A program made the position numbers and the translations under genes. Below the pieces are notes generated by a model. It did no database searches. It was given only the letters and a program-made list of their open reading frames with translations, and was not told the origin of the DNA. From contig NIVC01001063.1 of assembly GCA_002269645.1 (NCBI GenBank), positions 159,785 through 223,784 of the forward strand: DNA of 64,000 nt. The letters run 5' to 3'. Numbering within the stretch: the stretch's first letter is position 1; the number at the start of each line of letters is the position of its first letter. The stretch is from Macrostomum lignano (taxonomy: Eukaryota). Of the stretch, positions 1 through 14,292 are shown piece after piece.

Positions 1-377
1 GTTTTCTCTCATTGTCTAGTTCAATTTTGTTATTTCTTATCTCTCTCTCCCTTGCCACCTTCTAATTGGCTCTCCATTCTTGCCTCTTTCTTCAGTCCCA
101 CATTCTATCCCACCCCCTATCTTATCTTTGGTTTATTAACTTGAATATATATGTTTGGGCCCTGAGCCATTCTTCTCTAGTTTGTATTTCATCTTGCTAT
201 GGTTTAAGTTAAATCTCTTACTGTTTATTGTTAGTTTTTATAATGTCATAATTAGGTCATAGCTACTCATAGAAAAGGTAGCCAATAGGCTAGTTAGTTT
301 TGTATAGGCCCTATGATTTAATAAATGCTCTAGTCATAAACTATCCTAATATAAATATAAGATTATAGCTACTATAT

Positions 378-738
378 GGGGGCCGTAGCCCAGCGGTCTA
401 GCGCAGGCTCTGGTGTGCCAGCGACCCAGGCTCGATTCCAAGTGCAGTCACATTAATTTGGGGCTGAATTGGAATCTTGGCTTGGCTCTGCTGGTGCAAT
501 TAATGGCCTTGAGAGCCAACCCCCCAAGGTGCAGTGAAGTGTACATGTCTAACAATAAAATAAAGTTAGGGCCGCTGTACACTCCTGTGTGAGTGTGTGC
601 CTGCGTACATATCCGCGCGCTTGTATGCTTGCACAGGGGAGTTGGCAGAATGGGCAGTAATGCCTCTCGCCAGTTGTGTGACAATGTCGCTTAAAGTGTG
701 CCGGGGTGCACACAACCCCCTGCCTCTAATAAAAAAAC
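378..738 (+). mobile_element. tRNA-derived SINE, full length
   Basis: Degenerate tRNA-like head 378-450 with Pol III A box TAGCCCAGCGG (386-396) and B box GGCTCGATTCC (429-439). A-rich tail AATAAAAAAAAC at 728-738. Flanked by an 11-bp duplication AGCTACTATAT (367-377) / AGCCACTATAT (739-749). The body has a diverged second copy at ~58083-58258 (-). Confidence 0.8.
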
Positions 739-1548
739 AGCCACTATATAGGCATTACTACTTTGCTAGTCAAATCAATTTAAATATAGAATAGACATTG
801 CTCCCAGAGTCCCATGGACCTTTTTAACTCCATATTTTTATTGTTTCTCATTTTCTATTTTTTTCATTCATTGCTTTATCTCTAACTATAAAAATCAAAA
901 CTCTGTCTGTCTGTCTGTCTGTCTGTCTGTGTGTGGACAATTTTGATCGCTATGGACTCCCAAACCGCTCAACCAAATGACACCAAATTTTACACCCACC
1001 CTAAACTCACTACGGAGAATGTCTTAGGCTACCTTTAAATTTCCTAAATTTGAGTCTTCCTACCTAAAAGTGCAAAAAACTGCTCAAAATGCGCGATTTT
1101 TTTACTAAAGCCTCCTTAGCGCCGCTCCACTTCTACCGATCCTCTTCAAATTTGACACAATCAATTTTCAACTATTTTGACACAATCGTGTAAAATTTCG
1201 AGTCTCAAAGTTAATCCTGAACGGCGCTGTGCACTTTTAAATTTTGGCTGTTTTTTTCAGCGAGACAGCCACCCCAACCTCCGCCCGCCTGCGTCTTTCC
1301 CGATCTGGGCAAAGGGTGTAAATGGGTTTTAAAATGACTAACTTTCGGCTGCCATAAGTTTGCTCCACGTGAAGCGATTGACTTCTAACTTAACACAATT
1401 CTTCTTTGATTCATTCTCTGTCTAAATGTAAAGTTTCAACTCTCTTACTCAATCAGAACAGAAACTGTAAGCATGTAAAGTTTGTCTGCTTTTTCTGTTG
1501 TTTGTGCCACTCACTCACTCATTCCCCATGAAGACGAAGGGTCCGGCG

Positions 1549-2489
1549 TAGGGATTCCAAAATCCCGACATTTTACAATCCCGGGATTGAATAGTCCCGA
1601 AATCCCGATGCTGTTGAAATCCCGGGATTCAAAATCCCGGAATCCCGGTGCTTTTGCAATCCCGGGATTAAAAATCCCGGGATTCGATTCCCAAAAAAAT
1701 CCCGGGATTCAAATCCCGGATTTTTGGCCCCAATCCCGGAATCCCGGGATCCCGGGATTGGAATCCCTAAATTGCTAGACGGACTGTGCGGCGTGCCGCG
1801 TGCAGTAGTCATGGTCTCGCGACTCTCAGAGTCTCAGGGCCTTTTCATATTACCAATTCCAGAACCAGAATCGGTTCGGAATTCGAAGAAAAACAGCAGT
1901 ATAACTATTAAACTCTGTTAATATTTGACTGCCTTAACAGCCTCACTTAGCACAATTTTTCACTTTCTTCTTGGCGACTGTCATTCAATAATAAAAACTT
2001 TATAGCACGTATCTCCCTCTAGTTATGGAGACAAAAAGTTTATACTTCACAAATTGGTTCTTGTTCTGGAACCAGAGCAAGCAATATGAAAAGGCCCTCA
2101 GTCTCGTCTCGTGGTAGAAAACGAAAAAAAAGTTAAAATTATCTATAATTTACAGTTCACATTAACAATTTTTAGCTCAATTAGGACAGGAGCTTTGCAA
2201 ATGTTTAACGTTTCATTGAGAAACAGCAAAAACAAATAAATGTTTTATTATTCAAATAAACGTTTAGACTTTAAATTATCTAATTTAGGCATTGAAAGGT
2301 CGTTCTAATCCCGGACCAATCCCGGGATTAAGGCCTTGAAATCCCGGGATCCCGATCCCGGTCTTTTGCAATCCCGGGATTAAAAATCCCGGGATTCGAT
2401 TCCCAAAAAAATCCCGGGATTCAAATCCCGGATTTTTGGCCCCAATCCCGGGATCCCGGGATCCCGGGATCCCGGGATTGGAATCCCTA
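1549..2489 (+). mobile_element. 941-bp hAT-type MITE, copy 1
   Basis: TIR TAGGGATTCCAA / TTGGAATCCCTA. Perfect 8-bp TSD GTCCGGCG (1541-1548, 2490-2497). Subterminal arrays of the palindrome ATCCCGGGAT. Confidence 0.9.
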
Positions 2490-3720
2490 GTCCGGCGATA
2501 GGACTGAATGTACATAGCAAATGTACAGTGTTTTAGAATAACTTTATTTATAGCCTTCTCTGCACCCCGAGAGTGGAGAGGCTACGTTTAGCCATAACAG
2601 TTTAGTGAGAAATTCTAACCACTGCCCTCTGTATAGGCAAACTCTGCAGCAGTTTAACAGTGGATGGCAATGGCAAATCAAGGTAATTCAGCATGGTTTG
2701 TAAAAGCGAAAGATTTATGAAAAAGCGATGCAATGCAATACAACCCTACTAAATTAGACACACCATGGAAATTTAGGTTTTCTCTTAAAGGTACTTTAAA
2801 ATTTAAATGGCCTCCTAAGAAATGCGTATTTCCTTGGTTGTTAGACCGATGAAGACTGCAGTGGAGCTGAAGATACACAAATTCCTTTCAGGGCTGCAAA
2901 TTGGCAAGAAAGATGACGTGATCAAAGCATGAGAACAACCATGAGAGTACTACATCCCACAAACTGGCTTTCCAAGCAGGGATGGGCATACTTTTACCTC
3001 AAAGGCCAGATAAAGAATCCAGCTCATAGCTGAGGGGCAGATGAAAGTGGAAAGAAGAACGAATAGACGATTCGAAGAGAGGAGAGGCGACAGAGCGGAT
3101 AAAAGAAAAGATAAAAGATAATAGGAGAGATAAGGGGGTGAGGACGATGAGAGAGAGGGGAGAAGAGGGAGAGAGGAAAAGCGAGAGGAGAGATGAGAGA
3201 TGAGAGAGCAGAGAGCTGCAGATGAGAGGAGAGAGGAGACAGCAGAGAGGAAACAGGTGAAAGAAGAGATGAGAGAGTAAAGGGAAGAGAGAAGAGATAA
3301 AGATACATCTCTACATCTCTAAGGTTTTAGAGATGAGAGAAGTGGAAGGAGAGATGAGAAATGAGAGATGAGAGATAACGGAGAGAGGAGAGTGGAGTGA
3401 GAGAAGAGAGGGAGACAGAGTATAGAAAAGGGAAGAGAAGAAAAAAGAAGAAAGGAGAAAGGAAAGTGAGGAGTCAAAAGAGGGGAAAGAAAAGAGTACA
3501 GAGGAGAGAGGTGAGAGAATATATAAGACAGAGATGCCAGATTAAAGAGGGGGATGAGAGAGCAGAGACGAGAGTGAACAGATAAAAGATGGGAGAGTAG
3601 AGAGAACAGAGGAGAGGTTACAGAGACGAGAGGAGAGACAAAGGTAGAGAAGTGAGTGAGGAGAGAGGAGAGGAAAGAGGAGAATGGAGAGGGGAGAGAG
3701 TAGAGAGAGGAGGGGAGATA

Positions 3721-3831
<111 letters not shown>

Positions 3832-3860
3832 AGGGGGAGCAGAGAGAAATGAGAAGAGAT

Positions 3861-3952
<92 letters not shown>

Positions 3953-5994
3953 AGGGGGAGCAGAGAGAAATGAGAAGAGATAAGAGAGAAAAGATAAAAG
4001 AAGAGAAAGGAAAGATGAGAGAGCAAAAACGAGAGAGAAAAGAGGTGAGGGAAGAGACGAGAGAGTAGAGGAGAGAGTTAAGAGAAGAGAGAAAAGAATA
4101 GAAAGGAGAATGAAGATCAGAGAGAAGACGGGGTGAGAGGAGAGAGAAGAGGAGAGAGGAGAGGAGAGAGAAAAGAAGAGACAAGAGATGAGATAAGAGA
4201 GAATGAAGAGAAGAGAGATGAGGGAAGATACGAGAGAAGAGGGGAGAGAGGAGAGAGGAGAGACGAGGGACGAGAGAGATGGCCTTAGATTTCAGAATAC
4301 ATGCAAAAGTAGTTCCGGGTATTGGAATTCCCCGGGTTCAAAATCCGCGGGTTTCAACAGCTTGTCTCTAACTATAAAAATCAAAACTCTGTCTGTGTGT
4401 CTGTCTGTCTGTCTGTCTGTGTGTCTGTGGACAATTTTGATCGCTATGGACTCCCAAACCGCTCAACCAAATTACACCAAACTTTACACCCACCCTAAAC
4501 TTACTACGGAGAATGTCTTAGGCTACCTTTTAATTTCCTAGACTCAAGTCTTCCTACCTAAAAGTACAAAAAACTGCTCAAAATGCGCGATTTTTTCACT
4601 AAATCCTCCATAGCGCCGCTCCACTTCTACCGATTCTCTTCAAATTTGACACAGGCAATTTTCAACTATTTTGACACAATCGTGTAAAATTTCAAATCTC
4701 AAAGTTAATCCTGAAAGCCGCTGTGCACTTTTAAAGTTAGGCTGTTTTTTTCAGCGAGGCAGCCACCCCAACCTCCGCCCGCCTGCCTCTCTTTCCCGAT
4801 CTGGGCCCAGATGTGTAAAAGGGTTTCAAAATTGACTAACTTTCAGCTGCCATAAGTTTGCTCTACGTAAAGCGATTGACTTCAAACTTGACACAATTCT
4901 TCGTTGACTTATTCTCTGTCTAAATGTAAAGTTTCAACTCTCTAACTCAATCAGAACAGAAACTGTAAACATGTAAAGTTTGTCTGCTTTTTCTGTTGTT
5001 TGTGCCACTCACTCACTCATTCCCCCAGAGCCAGACGAAGGGTCAGGCGATAGGGCTCAATGTACATAGCGAATGTACAGTGTTTTGGAATAACTTTTTA
5101 ATAGCCTTCTCTGTACCCCCGCGAGTGGAGAGGCGTGGAGAGGAGAGAGTTTAGCGAGAGATTCAATTTCAAACCACTGTCCTCTGAATAGACAAGTCTG
5201 CAGCAGTTAAACAAGGATGGTAAATCAAGGCGATGTGGGATGGTTTGTAAAAATATCGAAAAATTAATGAATAACTGATTACAATGCAATCCTACTAAAT
5301 TAGTTAGTTAAAGCATGAAGCTTTTAACATTAAGATTCGCATAAGGTAACTTTAAAATTTAAATGGCTACGAAGAAATGCGTATTTCCTTGGTTGTTAGA
5401 CTGCTGCAGACTGGTGGTGGAGCTGGGAATGGAGATACACAAATTCCTCTCAGGGCTGCTAATTGGCCAGAAAGATGACGCGATTAAAGCATGAGAAATG
5501 ATAACAAATAACAACCATGATAGTATTACTTCCCATCCCATGCACAAACTGGCTTTCGAAGCAGGGATCGGCAGATTTTTATCTCAAAGGCCAGATAAAG
5601 AATCCAGCTCATGGCTGCGGGCCAGATGAGAGTGAAAAGGAAAAGGAATAGACTATTAGAAAGGGAGGAGGGGCGAGAGGGGATAAGAGAGCAGATAGAA
5701 GATAACAGGAGAGACGAGGGGGTTGAGGAGAGAGCAGAGAATATGGGACGAAGAAGCGAGAGGGGGGAGAGAGAAGGGAGACGAAATAGTAGAGGTGAGA
5801 AGATGGAGAGAGAAGAGGGGAGAGATGAGACAGAGGATCGATGAGAGAGGAGAGTGGAGAAGAGTGAGAAGAGATGAGAGATGAGAGAACAGAGAGGCAA
5901 ATGAGAGAGCATCGAGAGAAGAGATTAGAAAGGATAGAGAAGAGAGGAGATAAGAGGGGGAGAGAGAGGAGTGAGAAGAGAGGAGATAAGAGAT

Positions 5995-6065
<71 letters not shown>

Positions 6066-8359
6066 GAGAAAGAAGAGAGGACAAAGGAGAGATGATAGAG
6101 TAAAGGGAAGAGGAGGAGAGAAAAAAGAGATGAGATTGTAGAGATGAGGGAGATGAAAGGAAAGATGAGAGAGTAGAGATGAGAGATGAAGGAAGAGAGA
6201 GCAGAGTGCAGAGAGACGAGAGAAGAGAATAGAGGGGTGAGAGTATAGAAGAGGGAAGAGAAGAGAGGAGTAAGGAAAGAGAGGAGTCAGAAGAGGAGAA
6301 AGAGAAGAGTACACAGTAGAGAGGAGAGTAGAGATGACAGAAGAGAGAGGGATATGAGAGAGCAAAGATGAGAGTGAACAGACGATATAAGAGAGGAGAG
6401 AGGAGAGTGGAGAGAGAAGAGAGAAGACAAGAGAGGGAGAGAGTATAGAAGAGAGAAGAGAAGAGACGAGAAGAAAGAAGAAAGGAAAGAGAGTCCTGAG
6501 TCAAAAAAGGGGAAAGAGAGGAGTACAAGAAGAGAGAGGTGAGAGAACATATGAGAGTAAAGATGACAGATGAGAGAGGGGAGATGAGAGAGCAGAAACC
6601 AGAGTGAATAGACGAGAGATGGGAGAGTAGAGAGAAGAGAGGAGAGATAAGAAATAAGAGATGAGATGTGGGGACAAGGGAGAGATGAGAAGTGAGTGAG
6701 GAGAGAGGAGGGGAAGGGAGAGAATTGAGAGGACAGGGGAAATTGGTGAAAAGGACGAGAGAGAAGAGGAAAGAGAGGAGAGATTAGAGAGAAGAGAGAT
6801 AGGACAGGAGAGAGCAGAGAGAAGAGAGGAGAGAGAGAAGAGAGAAATGAGAAAAGATAAGAGAGAGAGAGAAGATAAAAGAAGAGAAATGAGATATAAG
6901 AGAGCGAAGACGAGAGAGAAGGGAGGTGAGAGAAAAGAATAGAGGGGAGAGGGAAGAGACGAGAGAAGAGGGGAGAGAGGAGAGAGGACAGAGAAGAGAA
7001 GAAAGAAGAGATAAGAGGAGAAAAAGAGGAGACGAGAGACGTGAGAGAAGATAGGAAACAGAAAAGAAGATGGAAGTTTTAAAGGATGCAAAGTACATAG
7101 GGAGAGGCAGAGGCAGAGGCCAGAGTTTGCCTGACATTCTGCGCAGCACCCCAGCCAACAATATCAATGTTTGCTTCAAATCCTAATTTTACACGAATCT
7201 ATACTCTATTTTATGTTTAACTCCATCCTAACTATTAACAAGTTTTTGTTTGAGTTTGACCTCAGATTTTAGATTACATGCAAAAATAATTCTGGGGAAT
7301 GGAGTTCCCCGGGCTCAAAATCCGCGGGTTTCAACAGCTTGTCTCTACCTATAAAAGTCAAAACTCTGTCTGTGTGTGGACAATTTTGATCGCTATGGAC
7401 TCCCAAACCGCTCAACCAAATTACACCAAACTTTACACCCACCCTAAACTTACTACGGAGAATGTCTTAGGCTACCTTAAAATTTCCTAAATTTGAGTCT
7501 TCCTACCTAAAAGTACAAAAAAACTGCTCAAAATGCGCGATTTTTTCACTTAATCCTCCATAGCGCCGCTCCACTTCTACCGATTCTCTTCAAATTTGAC
7601 ACAGATAATCTTCAACTATTTTGGCACAATCATGTAAAATTTCGAGTCTCAAAGTTAATCCTGAGCGGTGCTGTGCACTTTTAAAGTTAGGCTGTTTTTT
7701 TCAGCGTAGCAACCACCCCAACCTCTGCCCGCCTGCCTCTCTTTCCCGATCTGGGCCCAGATGTGTAAAAGGGTTTCAAAATTGACTAACTTTCAGCTGC
7801 CATAAGTTTGCTCCACGTAAATTGATTGACTTCAAACTTGACACAATTATTCATTGACTCATTCTCTATCTAAATGTAAAGTTTCAACTCTGTAACTCAA
7901 CAGAAAAAGAAACTGTAGGCATGTGAAGTTTGTCTGCTTTTTCTGTTGTTTGTGCCACTCACTCACTCATTGCCCCAGAGCCAGACGAAGGGTCAGGCGA
8001 TAGGGCTCAATGTACATAGCGAATGTACAGTGTTTTGGAATAACTTTTTAATAATAGCCTTCTCTGTACCCCCGCGAGTGGAGAGGCGTGGAGAGGAGAG
8101 AGTTTAGCGAGAGATTCAATTTCAAACTACTGTCCTCTGTATAGACAAGTCGCAGCCGTTAAACAAGGATGGCAAATCAAGGCAATGTGGGATGGTTTGT
8201 AAAAATATCGAAAAATTAATGAATAACTGATTACAATGCAATCCTACTAAATTAGTTACACCATGAAAATTTTAACATTAAGATTCGCATAAGGTACTTT
8301 AAAATTTAAATGGCCTCCTAAGAAATGCGTATTTCCATGGTTGTTAGACTGCTGCAGAC

Positions 8360-9300
8360 TAGGGATTCCAATCCCGGGATCCCGGGATCCCGGGATCCCG
8401 GGATTGGGGCCAAAAATCCGGGATTTGAATCCCGGGATTTTTTTGGGAATCGAATCCCGGGATTTTTAATCCCGGGATTGCAAAAGACCGGGATCGGGAT
8501 CCCGGGATTTCAAGGCCTTAATCCCGGGATTGGTCCGGGATTAGAACGACCTTTCAATGCCTAAATTAGATAATTTAAAGTCTAAACGTTTATTTGAATA
8601 ATAAAACATTTATTTGTTTTTGCTGTTTCTCAATGAAACGTTAAACATTTGCAAAGCTCCTGTCCTAATTGAGCTAAAAATTGTTAATGTGAACTGTAAA
8701 TTATAGATAATTTTAACTTTTTTTTCGTTTTCTACCACGATACGAGACTGAGGGCCTTTTCATATTGCTTGCTCTGGTTCCAGAACAAGAACCAATTTGT
8801 GAAGTATAAACTTTTTGTCTCCATAACTAGAGGGAGATACGTGCTATAAAGTTTTTATTATTGAATGACAGTCGCCAAGAAGAAAGTGAAAAATTGTGCT
8901 AAGTGAGGCTGTTAAGGCAGTCAAATATTAACAGAGTTTAATAGTTATACTGCTGTTTTTCTTCGAATTCCGAACCGATTCTGGTTCTGGAATTGGTAAT
9001 ATGAAAAGGCCCTGAGACTCTGAGAGTCGCGAGACCATGACTACTGCACGCGGCACGCCGCACAGTCCGTCTAGCAATTTAGGGATTCCAATCCCGGGAT
9101 CCCGGGATTCCGGGATTGGGGCCAAAAATCCGGGATTTGAATCCCGGGATTTTTTTGGGAATCGAATCCCGGGATTTTTAATCCCGGGATTGCAAAAGCA
9201 CCGGGATTCCGGGATTTTGAGTCCCGGGATTTCAACAGCATCGGGATTTCGGGACTATTCAATCCCGGGATTGTAAAATGTCGGGATTTTGGAATCCCTA
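8360..9300 (-). mobile_element. 941-bp hAT-type MITE, copy 2 (inverted)
   Basis: Same TIRs and a perfect 8-bp TSD CTGCAGAC (8352-8359, 9301-9308). Nearly identical reverse complement of 1549-2489; only a couple of substitutions seen by eye. Confidence 0.9.
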
Positions 9301-9438
9301 CTGCAGACTGTGGTGGTGGAGCTGAAAATATACAAATTCCTCTCAGGGCTGCTAATTGACCAGAAAGATGACGTGATTAAAGCATGAGAAATGATAACAA
9401 CCATGATAGTACTATGTCCCACAAACTGGCTTTCGAAG

Positions 9439-10471
9439 CAGGGATCGGCAGATTTTTATCTCAAAGGCCAGATAAAGAATCCAGCTCATGGCTGCGGGCC
9501 ATATGAGAATGAAAAGGAGAAGGAATAGACTATTAGAAAGAGCGGAGGGGCAAGAGGAGGATCAGAGAAAATATAGAAAATAATAAGAGAGACGAGGGGG
9601 TTAGGAGAAAGCAGAGAATATGGGAGGAAGAAGCGAAAGGAGGGATAGAGGAGGGAGAGGAAAGAGTAAGAGGTGAGAAGAGGGAAAAAGAAGAGTTAAG
9701 AGATGAGACAGAATCGATGAGAGAGGAGGGTAGAAAAGAGTGAGAAGAGAGTAGAGATGAGTAGACATGAGAGAACAGATAGGAGATGAGAGAGGAGGGT
9801 AGAGAAGAGTGAAAAGAGAGTAGAGATGAGTAGACAAGAGAGAACAGAGAGGAGATGAGAGAGGATTGAGAGGAGCGATTAGAAAGGATAGAGAAGAGAG
9901 GAGATAAGAAAGGGAGAGAGGAGTGAGAAGTGAGGAGAGAGATGAGATCGAGTTGCGAAAGAAGAGAGGAGAAAGGGGAGATGATAGAGTAAAGGGAAGA
10001 GGAGGATAGAGGAAAGAGATGAGATTGTAGAGATGAGAGAGATGAAAGGAAAGCTGAAAAAGTAGAGATGAAAGATGAAGGAAGAGAGAGCAGAGTGCAA
10101 AGACGAGAGAAGAGAATAGAGGGAGGGAGTAGAGGAGAGGGAAGAGAAGTAAGGAAAGAGAGGAGTCAGAAGAGGGGAAAGAGAAGACTACACCGGAGAG
10201 AACATATAAGAGTAAAGATGACAGATAAGAGAAAGGAGAGAGAGCAGAAACGAGAGTGAACAGACGAGAGATGGGAGAGTAGAGAGAAAAGTGGAGAGAT
10301 AGATAAGAAATGAGGTGAGATGTGGAGACAAGGGAGAGATGAGAAGTGAGTGAGGAGAGAGGAGGGGAGGGAGAGAATCGAGAGGACAGGGGAAATTGGC
10401 GGAAAGGACGAGAGAGGAGAGGAAAGAGGGGAGAGATTAGAAAGAAGAGAGATGGGACAGGACAGGAAAGA

Positions 10472-10516
<45 letters not shown>

Positions 10517-11163
10517 CAGAGGGGGGGGGAGCAGAGAGAAATGAGAAGAGATAAGAGATAAAAGATAAAAGAAGTGAAAGGAATGATGAGAGAGCAAAGA
10601 CGAGAGAGAAAAGAGGTGAGGGAAGAGACGAGAGAAGAGGGGAGAGATGAGAGAGTAGAGGAGAGAGGAGAGGGGGAGAGAGGAGAGAAGAGAGAAAATG
10701 AAAAAGTAGAGAGGAGAAAGGAGAGGAGAGAGAAACGAAGAGACAAGAGATGAGATAAGAGAGATAAAAGAGAAGAGAGATGAGGGAAGATACGAGAGAA
10801 GAGGGGAGAGATGAGATAACAGATATGAAAGAGAAGAGAGATGAGGGAAGATACGAAAGAAGATAGGAGAGAAGAGAGGAGAGAGAAAACGAAAGAGTAG
10901 AGAGGAGAGAGGAGAGGAGAGAGAAGACGAAAAGTAGAGAGGAGAGAGAGAGAGAGGAAAGAGTAGAGAGAAGAGAGAAGAGATGAGATAAGAGAGATGA
11001 AAGAGAAGAGAGATGAGGGAAGATACGAGAGAAGAGAGGAGAGAGGAGAGAGGAGAGACGAGGGACGAGAGAGAAGAGAGGAAACAGAAGAGACGATAGA
11101 AATTTTAAAGGATCTAAGGGACGTAGGGAGAGTCAGGGAGAGGCCAGAGTTTGCCAATACATG
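9439..11163 (+). mobile_element. Charlie/MER58-like hAT relic with GA-rich interior (Helitron unit 3)
   Basis: Left end CAGGGATCGGCAGATTTTTATCTCAAAGGCCAGATAAAG...GCGGGCC and right end GGCCAGAGTTTGCCAATACATG resemble the remembered MER58/Charlie termini. The interior is ~1.5 kb of purine-strand sequence. Equivalent segments occur in all units (right end deleted in unit 1, truncated in unit 2). Confidence 0.6.
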
Positions 11164-11414
11164 TTTTAGAGTCAGACAGACATTGCCTGGCATTCTGTGG
11201 AGTACCCCAGCAAACAATATCAACGTTTGCCTCGAACCCTAATTTAACACGAATGTGCTCCATTTTATGTCTACCTCTATCCTACTAACATTAATTTGTT
11301 TGTGTATGGCCTTAGATTTCAGAATACATGCAAAAGTAGTTCCGGGTATTGGAATTCCCCGGGTTCAAAATCCGCGGGTTTCAACAGCTTGTCTCTACCT
11401 ATAAAAATCAAAAC

Positions 11415-11447
<33 letters not shown>

Positions 11448-13335
11448 GGACAAATTACTTCGCTATGGACTCCCAAACCGCTCAACCAAATTACACCAAA
11501 CTTTACACCCACCCTAAACTTACTACGGAGAATGTCTTAGGCTACCTTTTAATTTCCTAGACTCAAGTCTTCCTACCTAAAAGTACAAAAAACTGCTCAA
11601 AATGCGCGATTTTTTCACTAAATCCTCCATAGCGCCGCTCCACTTCTACCGATTCTCTTCAAATTTGACACAGGCAATTTTCAACTATTTTGACACAATC
11701 GTGTAAAATTTCAAATCTCAAAGTTAATCCTAAAAGCCGCTGTGCACTTTTAAAGTTAGGCTGTTTTTTTCAGCGTAGCAACCACCCCAACCTCCGCCCG
11801 CCTGCCTCTCTTTCCCGATCTGGGCCCAGATGTGTAAAAGGGTTTCAAAATTGACTAACTTTCAGCTGCCATAAGTTTTCTCCACGTAAAACGATTGACT
11901 TCAAACTTGACACAATTCTTCATTGACTCATTCTCTGTCTAAATGTAAAGTTTCAACTCTGTAGCTCAACCGAAAAAGAAACTGTAAGCATGTGAAGTTT
12001 GTCTGCTTTTTCTGTTGTTTGTGCCACTCACTCACTCATTCCCCCAGAGCCAGACGAAGGGTCAGGCGATAGGACTGAATGTACATAGCAAATGTACAGT
12101 TTTTTGGAATAACTTTATTTATAGCCTTCTCTGCACCCCGAGAGTGGAGAGGCTACGTTTAGCCATGGCAGTTTAGTGAGAAATTCTAACCACTGCCCTC
12201 CCCTCTGTATTGGCAAACTCTGCAGCAGTTTAACAGTGGATGGCAATTGGCAAATCGAGGGAATCCAGCATGGTTTGTAAAAGCGAAATATTTATGAAAA
12301 GGCGATGCGATGCAATGCAATACAACCCTACTAAATTAGGCACACCATGGAAATTTAGGTTTTCTCTTAAAGGTACTGTGTAAATATTAAATGGCCTCCT
12401 AAGAAATGCGTATTTCCTTGGTTGTTAGACTGATGCAGACTGCAGTGGAGCTGAAGATACACAAATTCCTTTCAGGGCTGCAAATTGGCAAGAAAGATGA
12501 CGTGATCAAAGCATGAGAACAACCATGAGAGTACTACGAGCGTACGTCCCACAAACTGGCTTTCCAAGCAGGGATGGGCATACTTTTTCCTCAAAGGCCA
12601 GATAAAGAATCCAGCTCATAGCTGAGGGGCAGATGAAAGTGGAAAGAAGAAGGAATAGACGATTCGAAGAGAGGAGAGGCGACAGAGGGGATAAAAGAAA
12701 AGATAAAAGATAATAGGAGAGATAAGGGGGTGAGGACGATGAGAGAGAGGGGAGAAGAGGGGAGAGAGGAAAAGCGAGAGGAGAGAGTAGAGATGAGAGA
12801 GCAGAGAGCTGCAGATGAGAGGAGAGCAGAGATGAAACAGGTGAAAGCAGAGAGATGAGAGAGTAAAGGAAAGAGAGAAGAGATAAAGATACATCTCTAC
12901 ATCTCTAAGGTTCTAGAGATGAGAGAGGTGGAAGGAGAGATAAGAGATAACGGAGAGAGGAGAGTGGAGTGAGAGAAGAGTATAAGAGAAGAGAAGACAG
13001 AGTATAGAAAAGGGAAGAGAAGAGAAAAGAAGAAAGGAGAAAGGAAAGTGAGGAGTCAAAAGAGGGGAAAGAAAAGAGTACAGAGGAGAGAGGTGAGAAA
13101 ACATATAAGACAGAGATGCCAGATTAAAGAGGGGGATGAGAGAGCAGATACGAGAGTGAACAGATAAAAGATTGGAGAGTAGAGAGAACAGAGGAGAGGT
13201 TACAGAGACGAGAGGAGAGAGGAGAGACAAAGGTATAGAAGTGAGTGAGGAGAGAGGAGAGGAAAGAGGAGAATGGAGAGGGGAGAGAGTAGAGAGAGAA
13301 GGTGAGATAAGAGAGAAAGACAGAGAAGAGGGAGA

Positions 13336-13405
<70 letters not shown>

Positions 13406-14259
13406 AGCAGAGAGAAATGAGAAGAGATAAGAGATAAAAGATAAAAGAAGAGAAAGGAATGATGAGAGAGCAAAGATGAGAGAGAAAAGAGGTGAGGGAA
13501 GAGACGAGAGAAGAGGGGAGATATGAGAGAGTAGAGAGAGAGGAGAAGGAGAGAGGAGAGGAGAGAGAAAACGAAAAAGTAGAGAGGAGAAAGGAGAGGA
13601 GAGAGAAACGAAGAGACAAGAGATGAGATAAGAGAGATGAAAGAGAAGAGAGATGAGGGAAGATACGAGAGAAGAGGGGAGAGATGAGAGAGTAGAGGAG
13701 AGAGTTAAGAGAAGAGAGAAAAGAATAGAAAGGAGAAGGAAGATAAGAGAGAAGAGGGGGTGAGAGGAGAGAGGAGAGGAGAGAGGAGAGGAGAGAGAAA
13801 AGAAGAGACAAGAGATGAGATAAGAGAGATGAAAGAGAAGAGAGATGAGGGAAGATACGAGAGAAGAGGGGAGAGAGGAGAGAGGAGAGACGAGAGACGA
13901 GAGACGAGGGACGAGAGAGATGAGAGGAAACAAAGAGACAATAGAAATTTTAAAGGATCCAAGGGACGTAGGGAGAGTCAGGGAGAGACCAGAGTTTAGC
14001 AATATATGTTTTAGAGTCAGACAGACATTGCCTGACATTCTGCGCAGTACCCCAGCCAACAATGTCTCAAACCCTAATTTTACACGAATGTGCTTCATTT
14101 TATGTCTACCTCTATCCTACTAACTATTAACAAGTTTTTGTTTGTGTATGGCCTTAGATTTCAGAATACATGCAAAAGTAGTTCCGGGTATTGGAATTCC
14201 CCGGGTTCAAAATCCGCGGGTTTCAACAGCTTGTCTTCTCTACCTATAAAAATCAAAAC

Positions 14260-14292
<33 letters not shown>

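Noticed and set aside
378-450. Possible tRNA gene
   Set aside because: Acceptor, anticodon and T stems do not pair properly; it is a SINE head.
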